From: Macrostomum lignano
Taxonomy: Eukaryota
NCBI GenBank assembly: GCA_002269645.1
Contig: NIVC01002161.1
Span: forward strand, 133,989-197,988
Length of the DNA: 64,000 nt
Reading direction: 5' to 3'
The notes below the pieces were generated by a model. It ran no database searches and was not told the DNA's origin. It was given only the letters and a program-made list of their open reading frames with translations. The translations under genes and the position numbers were made by a program. Below are positions 27,801 through 39,800 of the stretch, piece by piece; position 1 is the stretch's first letter; every line of letters starts with the position of its first letter.

Positions 27801-30800
27801 GGCATCATGACGGCTTCAAGCGGACCGGAAGAGCCGCAGAGCGGGCAGCGGCTGCTGGAGGAAAAGAACGAGGAGGCATTCTTGACGGCGACAACCGTGA
27901 CGGCCAGACAGCGGGCGCAGCGGAGCGGATGAACTCCCGAAGTCAGCGGCAGCCTGGCGTCCAGCAGCAGCTTTAACTGTTTAGCAAATTCTCCGACTTT
28001 GCCGCCAGCGGCCAAGGTGGCGGCGCTGCCGAAGCGTCTTTGGCAGCCCAGCAGTTGAGCTGCTCCAGCCGACACCGCGGCAACCATGGAGCGGCCGAGC
28101 CAGTCGGCTCCGTTGTCCGGTGTCGCCTCTAGCCTGGGCTCATCTTCAACCAGGCGACTTCCCAGCAGCAGCCAGTCCAGCATGATGCGATCGGACTCCA
28201 CGGAGGCTGCTGGGTTCGATTCTTCATCAATCAACAAGTCAACAAGCCGACTGTGCAGCAGACTGCCAACTCGCTGCTCTTCTGACGCAACCGGCTGTCG
28301 GTCCAGTTTTCTCAAGAACACCAGCTCAATCCAGGCGGCAATTATGGCATTGACGGACGAGCTCGAACAGTTGAGCAGTCGTTTCAAAGCTTCGGGACTG
28401 TCAGGAGCTTGAAGGAGGTCGTTCAAAGCCGAGCACACGGCGGCGTGGACTGTCTCTGAGGAGTCGGCTGAGTCAGGCAGCGGCAGGAAAGGCAGCGGCT
28501 GCCAGGAGCTGTCGGTGGCCTTCAGCGGCAGGCCGGCAGAGGTCAGGCACCTCAGGACGTCCATCAGCGGTGCCAGCCGTAGGCCGGCCTGAGCGAAGGC
28601 GACAACCAAAGGATGGCCCGGTCGGAAACCGCTGCCTAGGTCGCTTCGTAGCTGATCAGCCAGCCTCTGTCCTTCATCGTTGAGTTCGAGTCGATTCTCG
28701 GTGAGAACGTATGACCGAGAGGCGGTCAGTTTGAAGCGGTGCAGACGGAGCAGGTCTGTCAGGCTCGGAGTCTGCGCGCAGGCGATGCTGTTCAGCGCTG
28801 CTAGCGGTGGCAGGCCAGCCAGCAGGGTCTCGGGAATGTGCGCGGCCACCAGCTGGGCCAGGTCCCGACCAGCCGGCATTCGCAGATGCTCGTCAACCCA
28901 GGCGGTGACGGCCGAGCAGGACGCGTCTTCGTCGGCTGCATTGTCGCCGCGACCGTTGTTGCTCTGGACGGCTCGCCATAGCAACGAGAAGCAGCCGATT
29001 GGCAGCTGCTTTTCGGTCAGTTTCAACAGGAAAGCTTTCGCCAGCCCGGTTGTCAGTGCGCCACGTTCGATAGCCTGCTGCAGGTAGAGGCTCCACAGAG
29101 ACTGCAGCTGCTGTTCCAGCTGGTCTTCGGGCACCGGGAGACCCTGCAGATCAGGCAGAGACTCCAGTAGAAGCTGCTCAATTCTGGCTACTCCGGACTC
29201 GCTGAACAAAGAGTCGGTGTTGCCCGTGTGCTCTGATAGAAAGCTCTGGACCCGGTGCAGACAGACAGCCGGCAAGCTGCAGGGGAGAGCCACCGTGGCA
29301 GCGAACAGGCGGCACATGCTGAGCTGCTCTGTGATTGGCTGAGGGCGGCAGGGGGTGGGAGAAGACAAGCTATATAAGCCCTAGTTTTGTTTTGCGAGCC
29401 ATCAATCGCAGGCCACAACTGGTCAGATGGGTAAGATCGGGTCAGAATACTGGGTCTCAGATCTTTAGAATTGAATTTTTACATTCAGATTCACACAGAT
29501 CTCCGGTGTCTAGGGTTAAGACAATATCCAGGGTCGAGATCGATATGCAGGGTCGAGATCGATATCCAGGGTCGAGATCGATATCCAGGGTCGGGATCGA
29601 TATCCAGGGTCGGGATCGATATCTAGGGTCAGGATCTATATCTAGGGTCGGGATCGATATCCACGGTCGGAATCGATATCTAGGGTCGGGATCTATATCT
29701 AGGGTCGGGATCGATATCTAGGGTCGGGATCGATATCTAGGGTCGGGATCGATATCTAGGGTCAGGATCTATATCTAGGGTCGGGATCGATATCTAGGGT
29801 CAGGATCTATATCTAGGGTCGGGATCGATATCTAGGGTCGGGATCGATATCTAGGGTCGAGACTGACAGCACCAAAGCTTAAAACACTTTTACCCCATGG
29901 CACATACATGTAGTGTGGGCTCCCCACCATCTAACACCCGGAGCACAAGATCCAGTCCACTCACCAGCTGGGCGCACTCCGAGTCCGCAAGCACAAGCAG
30001 AGCCCTGGCGGCCAGACGGTCCCAGTCGGACAGCGAGTCGGCCAGGCCGAGTTTCTGCAGGTTCTCGCTGCTCGGCAGCAGGCAGCCGGTCAGCCGTTCC
30101 GCCAGCTCGCCACGCTCGGTCGGCTCGTCCTCATCGTCGCGGTCGAGCAGGTCTGCTGGGCAAAGTTTCGGCGAGACCGACGTCAGAATCGCCCAGAGAC
30201 GCAGGGCGGTTGCCATGGGAGCAGCCAGGGCGATTGCCGACACCACGGGAGCCCAGCGGGTGCCGGCATCGGCGACTGCGGCAAGCGGCGTCATTGCCGT
30301 CAAGATGCTGTTGAACTGCTGCGACAGGTCGGTGCCGCAGGCGGACTCCGTTGCCATGGCGATGAGATCTCTAGCCAGCAAGTCGGCAGCTTTAGACTCC
30401 GGCGGCTGGTCTTCGTCGGCCAGTCCGAGCACCAACAGCCACGGCTTCAGCGCCGCCAAGGCCGCCTCAGCCGCGGCCTCCTGCGGCTCTTCGGCATCTT
30501 GGTCATCGTCGCCAGCGACAGCCGCAGCTCCGGCAGGGCTGGCAGCTGCTGAAGCCGCGGCCTTCAGATCAGCGAACACGAAGCCGGACAGCGGGAACCG
30601 AAGCGGACCGCCGCTGCCGCCGCCGCCGATGTCGCCGAGGTCGACGCGGAGCCGCCGCGACTGCACCAGGTGGCCGAGGCCGCGCACCAGGCAGTCCAGC
30701 GTGCGCGGTTCCAAAGCGTCGCAGTCGAAGGCGCGGGCATCGCGAAGGAGCCGCAGCAGGTCCAGCAGGCTGGCCTTGACGCGCCTGGCCAGGTGGTCGA

Positions 30801-33800
30801 TGGCGAAATCGGCGAGGGTGGCGAATCTGGCCAGCTGGGCGGCCTCCCTGGCCAGGCCGACCATCCAGTGTCCCGGTGAGAACTCCGCAGCTTCGCCGTC
30901 GAGATCGTCGCCGCCGCAAAAGTCCTCTCTGGCAGCCCGCTTGATGGCAGCATCAATCAGAGCTTCGACAAGTCCACGCCGAGATCTGAGCAGTCGGGTG
31001 GCGGCTTCGAACCTGGGCCCCGGCTCCAGGGCCTCGAGCAGAGCGTCCTGCAGTTTTGGGAGCGGGAGACTCGCGGCGTGATGTTGTGCTTATGAATCCC
31101 TAGCGTTAGTCTGTTAACTTCCCGGGTGTGGGAAAGTGACACACACTGCTAGGAAAGTGACACACACTGCTAGGAAAGTGACACACACTGCTAGGAAAGT
31201 GACACACACTGCTAGGAAAGTGACACACACTGCTAGGAAAGTGACACACACTGCTAGGAAAGTGACACACACTGCTAGGAAACAGATTGCTAGGAAAGTG
31301 ACAGATTGCTAGGAAAGTGACACACACTGCTAGGAAAGTGACACACATTGCAAAGAAAGTGACACACATTGCTAGGAAAGTGACACACACTGCTAGGAAA
31401 GTGACACACATTGCAAAGAAAGTGACACACACTGCTAGGAAAGTGACACACATTGCAAAGAAAGTGACACACATTGCTAGGAAAGTGACACACATTGCAA
31501 GGAAAGTGACACAGATTGCAAGGAAAGTGACGAGCGCGCTTAAAACTCTGCTCAACTAACCTGCAGCCCGGCAGTGGCCCGGGTTCGAACCGCGGCCGGG
31601 CAGCGGTCGGTGAGCAGCTGCCTCGCGGAGCTGCTGCCCACCAGATCCCGCAGAGTGTCGGCCGAGCAGCCGTCGTCAGCCGCGCCCAGCGACTCCAGAC
31701 AGAGCAGGCGCCAGTCCCGCAGCAGCGGCGACCACTGCCAGGTCTGGCGGCCCCTCGAAGCGCCGCCGCCGCCGCCCAGGTGGAAAATCCACAGCAGAGC
31801 CGTCGGGCCCGCGCTGGCGGTCTCCATCAGCGACTCCAGCAGCCAGCGGAGCTGAGGCGCCGAGTCCGCGTCCACAGACGGCCGACAGCTCAGGGCGACG
31901 ACGCCGCCAACTGAGTTGCGAATTGCCGCTGACAGCTCGTCTCTGCGCGATTGGTTGGGTGAGGAAAATGGTGCAGTCAGAGGGCGATTTTCCAGATGGT
32001 CAGAGGGCGATTCTTTGGATCGTCAGAGGGCGATTTTCTAGATGGTCAGAAGGCGATTTTCTAGATGGTCAGAGGGCGATTTTCTAGATGGTCAGAGGGT
32101 GATTTTCTAGATGGTCAGTGAGCGATTTTCTAGATGGTCAGAAAGCGATTTTCTAGATGGTCAGAGGGTGATTTTCCAGAAGGTCATAGCGCTTAAAGTG
32201 CGTTTTTCCGGATGGTCATAAGACTCTAACTCTCTCTCTCTGCCCCTCCCTCTTTCTCACCTCAGCTCGTCCTCTCCCATAAAGTCAATCAGCCGGATGA
32301 TGGAGCACTCGACGCCCAGCTGAAGCTTCCAGGCCGTGTCTTCCATCCGGGTCCTGGTGTACACCACCGTCCCCCGGACGCCGCCTCTGCCAAGCTGTTC
32401 AGCCACGTGCCGAGCCAGGGAAGTGTCCGACAGCTCCTGGAAGTATTGCCTCTGCAGGGCCTCGCGGCTCTCCGAAGGCAGTTCACTGTGCGACAGGCGC
32501 AGCACAGCGTCCGGGAAGGCCTGAGTCAGCAGGTGCTGCGGCAGCCGCTTTGCCGTCTCCTCCACAGAGTCGTCGGCGCCAACCAGCAGGTGCGAGGCGG
32601 CCAGCTCAGGATGATAGCCGCAGAAAGTCTCTTGGGCGGCAAATTCAAGCTTTTCGTGCTCCTCCTGCCATGCCAGGCCGCTTATGCTGCGGATTGGCAG
32701 TTTTAGGTGGTTTTGGAAATGAAAAGGCTTAGCTTTCTACTGAAAGTAGAATGTAAGAGTGTTTTAACTCGATGCATGATGGGAAAAATCAGTTGCTATG
32801 GTATTTTCGTTGCTATCCGATCTCTGGGCCAAAACCAACTAACAAAAACTGTGGAATCCTTGTTGCTAAGCTGTCTCTATGCCAAAACCAGTAAACATAA
32901 ACTGTGGAATCTTTGTTGCTACGCTGTCTCTAGGCCAAAACCAGTTAACATAAACTGTGGAATCATTGTTGCTATGCTGTCTCTGGGCCAAAGCCAGTTA
33001 CCATAAACTGTGGTATCCTTGTTGCTATGCTGTCTCTAGGCCAAAACCACTAAACATAAACTGTGGAATCATTGTTGCTATGCTGTCTCTGGACCAAAAC
33101 CAGTTAACATAAACTGTGGTATCCTTGTTGCTATGCTGTCTCTAGGCCAAAACCAGTTACCATAAACTGTGGAATCCTTGTTGCTATGCTGTCTCTAGGC
33201 CAAAACCAGTTAAAATAAACTGTGGTATCCTTGTTGCTATGCTGTCTCTGGACCAAAACCAGTTACCATAAAATGTGGTATCCTTGTTGCTATGCTGTCT
33301 CTAGGCCAAAACCAGTTACCATAAACTGTGGAATCCTTGTTGCTATTGATGTGGCCGCAGCCTTCTGCTGCAAGCATAGGGCCGCAGTCACATCTTAGGC
33401 ACTGCTGTCCACTGCTAGTATCTGGAATAGGAATTTTCTGCTGCCTCCATGCACTCTAAGCAGCCTTCCTTGGCGCTCAGAAGTTGCACAATATGGCGCA
33501 ATCTTTAACATAGGAAATTAGGAAGTTTTGCCTAGCCTAGGGTTAGTTAGTGGAAGCCGCCAAATTTGGCGCTTGCCTTTGCTATTGTTGCCTGGCCTGC
33601 CGCGTACGATCGCTCAGTGTACGCAAGTCTAGTTAGCAGCACTCCTCCCCCGTGCGCTCTCTGGACCCTTCCCCCTTCTGCTCTCTCGTTCCTCCTGCGT
33701 CCGAGCCTCTCCCCATGCGTCATTCTATTTTTAGACGGAGGGTTTCGCGGACCGCGTGTCCCGAGCTGAACCCTCCCTCACGTGCAGCCTTGTGCGCACA

Positions 33801-36800
33801 AGCCCAAATTTGGCATGCTATTGTCACTAGTGGCTTGAGGCGACTGTCGGCGCTTCGTACAAGCTACTCTTTCCCCCATGTTTAATCAATATCTGTTGTG
33901 CATCATTATCCGCACTTTTCGGGCTGCAGTTCCATGGTCAAGCCACGGAATGCCCAAACGCTCCACCCTCCGCGTTCTATATTAACGAATGCAGGCCCGG
34001 TTGTCTGAATTTTTCCTCAGAACCGGTTTGACCGCTGGTCAGACTCGTTGAGAGCTATACTCAGCAACAGCTAAACCCCCCCCCCCCAACTCACGCTGTC
34101 ACAGGGGCACAAAAGTTAAGCAATGTCTTTAAGTGGGTTGAGTTGCGCCACCCCCTCCCCAAATCCCCCATGCCGCACTTTGCGCTCGCGTCTGGCGGCG
34201 GCAGCCTTCACACATTTCTGAGTCACCGATGGCATACAAAACTTTTGGGCCGTGTGACAGCGTGAGTTGGGGGGGGGGGGTAGCTGTTGCTGAGTATATC
34301 TCCGAGAAAGCGCTCTAGCGCCGGTTAACAGCGAAGCAAAGCTCCTGAGCAGGTCTTGGTAGAGCATTGCAGCGCTCAAGCAGAAAGCACGCTCCTGAGC
34401 AGGTCTTGGCCTGAGCAGGCCGCCCATCTGCGCGAGACGTAGCTATTAGGTTAACAGGAGTTAGGGGTCCTCTGAGAGCTAAACTCAGACACGCTCAAGC
34501 GCGGACATTTGTCAGTGCCAGGACTGCGCCGCTCAGGCCATTGCTACCATTGAGTCCTGTCACTTGGACATTGAAATATCTGAGACTAGTTGTTCTAGCG
34601 TTATTTATTTGCGTGGAGCCCAAACAGACCCCTTCATTGCGGATCCTACGGTTCCCACGCTGGTGGCAGCACTACCCTTAATTTTAGATTTCTCCCCAGT
34701 CTCAGCCCCCATAAGTATACTCAGCAAGGTTGCTTCAGCTGCTTCAAGGTTGCTTCAAGGTTGCTTCAAGGTTACTCAGCAAGCTAGGCCAAAACCAGTT
34801 AACTTAAACTGTGGTATCTTTGTTGCTATGCTGTCTCTAGGTCAAAAAAGACTCTCTAACCCTATTACGAGTTGCTAAGACTAAGAGCAGTTTTAAGATA
34901 AAACGTCTAAAATGGTAACAACTTTATTTGACTTAATTATTTGCTAATCACCTGGTCGCCTTAGCAACAAAACTGTCCCGAAGCTGTTCAACCGCGCCAC
35001 GCTGCTCTGCGGACAGAACGTCGCCAAATCCGAACGTTTGCTTCTCGAAACGGTTGAGAAAGGCTCTGTCCACGCGCTCCAGAGTGTCCGCCCTCACGAG
35101 CACTACGCAGCGGAACTTGTCATCAACGGAGCAATTCTTGTTAGCTTGCGTTCCCATAGCAACGCGGCAGTAGCGACACTGGTTATACTCGGAGTAGTTT
35201 TGGTTGAGCATGTCGTACAAACTGCCGTAGACGAGTTCAAAGTCCTTGAACAGCACAACAATGCCGTTCTCCATGCACATCATCACTTCATGCAGTTTTC
35301 TCAGCGCGAACTGCTCGCTGAGCTGGTCCCTATCGTATGCGCTGCCGTGAAGCACTCGGAACGGGCGCTCCTTCCGCTGAAGCACATGGGCCAGCAGGTC
35401 AAGATCCCGGTCAGTGTCCGTGATCAGCATCAAGTGCCGCGCGCTCTTGTCCTCTAGGCTCTCCATGAGCACCGATACCTAGGGGACGGTTAGTTAGCGA
35501 GTTACGAGCGTAGATCATGGATCACGTTAAGCTTCCGCACAGCAGCCTTGACCTTCTACTAACCGTCAGGCATGTCAGGCTAACCTCAAGCACGTGGAGG
35601 TTCGGTCCCGATTTCTCTACGCCAACCCCTTTTATTTGAAGCAAAATTGCGCCTGATATGCCGAAAACCCGGGGGGGGGGGAGGGAATGGTTGTGAGGGA
35701 GTCTCACAGTCTCATTATGTCCTCCATCAAGGCAGGGTAACATAATGAGAGCTGGTGTGGGGGGTAACATAATCATCATTAATAGATAACATAATGGGGG
35801 CATAAAGTAACATTACTATCGCTCCTATTCTTCAACCAAACATATAAAAGAGCGTTTTTCGTGGTCATCACGTCCCGTTAGCATTTGACGCTTCAAATGA
35901 AGGGATTGGCGTAGAGAAACCGGGACCGAATGTTTCGGGCTCCATTTTGACTCTTAAGTTCACATCCCCTTTAAGTGCACAAGCCCTAAATGAATGAGCT
36001 TGGCGCAAGAATAAGATGTGCAAGACCCATACAAAAATCCGTGATAATTGATTTGGGAAAACAAGAGAATTCAAATGCAAACCTTGTCTTGTTGACGAAG
36101 TGTTTCCTTGTAAGCATTTTCCAGTCCCTCGTAAGCGAAGTCAAAATGTTCGAGAAAGTACGGCTGCTCCAGACCGGAGAAGTTCCTCACCAAGCCGCGA
36201 CTGAGTATAGCCAACTTGTTCAACTGCATTCGAACATTTTCTTTAGCGAGAAACTTCACCAGGTAATAGTAGTCTCTGAGCCCGTGGAAATCCTCTTCTA
36301 CTTGGCTGTCGAAGTATTCGTGACACGCCTGAGCAATTTTTTGCATATCTTCTTTGTCGATTCGACCGCCAACCTCGCCCTGACCGTCTTGCTTGTCCTG
36401 CTGCAGAACAATGGCACTGCCTGTGATGAGCAGCTCCTCGGTTGTCATATCCGGCCTGGAGATGTGCACAGCTCGGTTCATCTTGGCCGGGTCCAGGGCC
36501 CAGTTGGACAAGCCCAGTACGGCAACACGAGCTTTGCAGGTGAATTCCGACTCTTCAGGCTCTAGGAGGCTGTGCAGAACTTTGAGCGGGTTGTGACGCG
36601 ACTTCTCCGCTAGACCGATCTCGTCTAGCAGGACTACATAGCTGCGAGGAGAGGGAGGTGAACCAGTGTAAGAATGCATCTCGGATGTATTGTTAGGTCA
36701 CAACTCATCATAAACCTCGTATGTAATGCCACTAGACCATCACTGATGATTGATTAAGCATCCCGGATTCAATACTAATTCGTCACTGATCATTGATAAA

Positions 36801-39800
36801 ACACTGATGCCATTCATCATGATTCAGTACTGAAGCATCCCGGATGTAATACTAGGCCATGGCCATCACTGATCATTGATCAATCACTGATGCCATTCAC
36901 CAATAATCATAAATTAAGCATCCCGGATGCAATACTAAGCCGTCACTGATTAAGAATCCTGGATATAACACTATGCCATCATTAACATCCATTCCGGACG
37001 TGATGCTCAATCATCTATCATTCCGGACGTGATACTAGACCATCGTGCCTACCAGATGTAATGGCATCTTCATCCTTCAAATTGTGTTTTTAATGAAGTT
37101 AGTTTTTAAAGGAAAGGAAGTTTTCAAACGGGTTTTTTAGTTAGAGGTAGGGGCTGTGTGCACCCTGGCGCACTTCAAGCGACATTGTCACACAGCCGGC
37201 GAGAGGCATCACTGCCCGTTCCGCCGACTCCCCTGAGCAGCGCACACAAGCGCAAGGATACGTACGCAGACATACGCACAGGCACACAGTCACAAAGGAG
37301 TGTACAGCGGCGGTGTTTATTGCACGAGCAGACCCAAGCCGAGATTCCAATTTAGCCCCAAATTAATGTGTCTGCATTTTGAATGCATAATCGAGACTGG
37401 ACGAATGGCGCATACATCGGTGGCTAGACCGCTAAGCTACGCCCCATCAAAGAACAGAGAGAGCTAAGCAGTACACGTATGTCAAGGGAATTTACCGATA
37501 CTCATCCTTTTCCGCATCCTCATCAGCTTTCTTCGTGGCTCTGCGGAACACTTTGAAGATGCCCTCCGAAGTGGACGCCTCGGAGCCCTGGTAGCAGAAA
37601 AACCTCAGGGCTGGCAGAGCTTTGAAGAACGGATCGCGTGAGTCCCGACCTCGCAAATTGCTTCTGAGCAGAGAGACGGCCAGACTCTTGGAGCAGCCAG
37701 GCTTGCCAACTAGGAACACCGGAACTTTGTTGTAAACGCAGCACAGCAGGATAAACACGTTCTCTAGCAGGGCCGCGTTTTGAGCCACATTTTCCGGCAG
37801 CTCCATTCGATTGAGAATGTCTTCCTGCTCCTCGCGTATTGTTTTCTGTATTGACACAGCAGATTATGTACATGTACGCGTGTAATTAGCCATAAATCTA
37901 CATGCACCAGTGCTCACTGACAACTCGGGTACCAAAAAGGGCATTTACATGGTTATGTAAATTTAGGAGAAGCTAACTGTACCAGATGGGGTCAGAAACG
38001 TATAAAAGCTGATAATCAAGCTTACCTCAGCATTGTCAGACAGGAGAGACAAAATTTCGCAAGCGTATTCGGTTCGCTTGTCTGCAGACCGGATGCGCAC
38101 ATAGTAGCACACGTACAAAGACATGACCAGAGGCAGAGTCGATAAACTTCGATATACATCGCTTTTCTCATGCCTCAGTTCGTAGAACCAATCGAAGAAG
38201 GCGATGAACTCGCAGCATCGGCGAACATCTCGCAAGCTGATTGCGTACTCAGTTTTCTCCAGCTTTCGAATGAATTTCTGGGACTTCCACACCGCATCGG
38301 CTAGCGCGTTCAGCAGAACCGACTCCATCTCCGGCAGCTGGTCTCGCAGCATCCGCTTGATGTACTGCTCCTCATCGGTGTCCCGCAGCCGGCCAAAGTC
38401 CCACACCAGGTCCAGAATGGACTCGGGCAGCGGGTTGACCCGGTACACCAGGTGGCGCATGCGGTCATGCTCGCGTTCGGCTAAGCGGAAGCCGGCAGTC
38501 AGAGCGGCATCCGGGTCTCTCAGCCTGTAGGGATTCGAAGCGGCCAAGAATCGCAGGTTGGGCGGCAGCGGAGCACCTAGTAGTCGCCTGTGACATATGA
38601 GCTCCTTCAGCATGCCCAGGTGATCGCAGGTGTTAATCTCGTCGAGAAACAGCCAAACAGTTTTTGTGTCGCGGATCTTATCGCTTGTTTTGCGTTTAAT
38701 AATCAGTTCCCTGGCCTCCTCGGCGGCAGACTGGGCAGTATGGATAATTTGCTCCTGCGTGGTGCCCGCGTGGAAGTTCAGCACGCGGAGGCTGGCCTCG
38801 TGTACCTGAGTTAAGTAGAAAGATATTTGCGTAAAGCAGGGGTCGGCGAACCCCGGCCCGTGGGCCACATGCGACCCGCGAAGCCTCTCTATCCGGCCCT
38901 CGGGTCCTTTGAAACTTATAATAGCGATCAGGCCCGCTCAAAGTGTGTGTCACGTCAGTTCTCTCGGATCACCTATCCTCTCTCCTTTCTTTCCTCCCTA
39001 CTCTCATCGCTCCCCTCTCCCTCCTCTCCTCTCTCCTTTCTTCTCCTTTCTTCTCCCTTCTCTCCTCTCTTCCCTCTCTCTCCTCCTCTCTCCTTTCTTT
39101 CTCTCCCTTCTCTCCTCTTTTCCCTTTCTCCCTCTCTCCTTTCTTTCTCTCCCTTCTCTCCTCTCTTCCATCTCCTCTCTCCTTTCTCTCATCTCTTCTC
39201 TCCTCTCTTCTCTCCTCTTCCCTCTCCCCTCTCCTCTCCCTCTCTCCTCTCTCCCTTCTTCTCTCTCTTCTCTCAAATTTATTCCTTCTCCTTTCCACTC
39301 TCATTTTTCCCGCAACAACGAGCTGAATTTTTTTCTGGCCCTTGAGGAAGAAATGAAAAAACAGACAACTATGACTAAATATAGATTCTGTAACCGCCAT
39401 AAAATCCCACAGCTGATTAGCAAGCGTTACAGCATTGCATATAAATCATACTGGCTTACTTTGCTCAAGAATCTGATCAGGCTAGTCTTTCCGCATCCGG
39501 TCTCTCCGATGATGAGCACCGGCACGTCGCAGTCGATTCGCAGGCTGATCAGCACCATCTTGAGAAAGTTGTCAGCCGTGATGGCGTATCTTCCGCTGCC
39601 GCCGCTTGGCTCGTCGTCCTCATCAAATTGCACTCCAGGCGGCCGGTAGCCAGGGTTTCCGCGGCCAGCGATGCGTACCAGCTTCTCCAGCAGCTTGGCC
39701 TGCTTCATCTCAGTGTAGTCAACCAGCCGGCCGCTGTGCATGTTTCGCTCGAATAGTCGCCGGATTTCGTCAGGTACATCGCGGAGACTGCGGTAGACCA

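Noticed and set aside
29897-31081. 394-aa + strand ORF
   Set aside because: It is the antisense shadow of a GC-rich RNF213-like exon, is Ser/Arg/Ala-biased, and has no domain motifs.
33350-34570. Solo LTR with TTGA TSD (TG at 33350, CA at 34549 or 34570)
   Set aside because: Two alternative ends fit a 4-mer by chance, and removing the segment does not restore the interrupted array.
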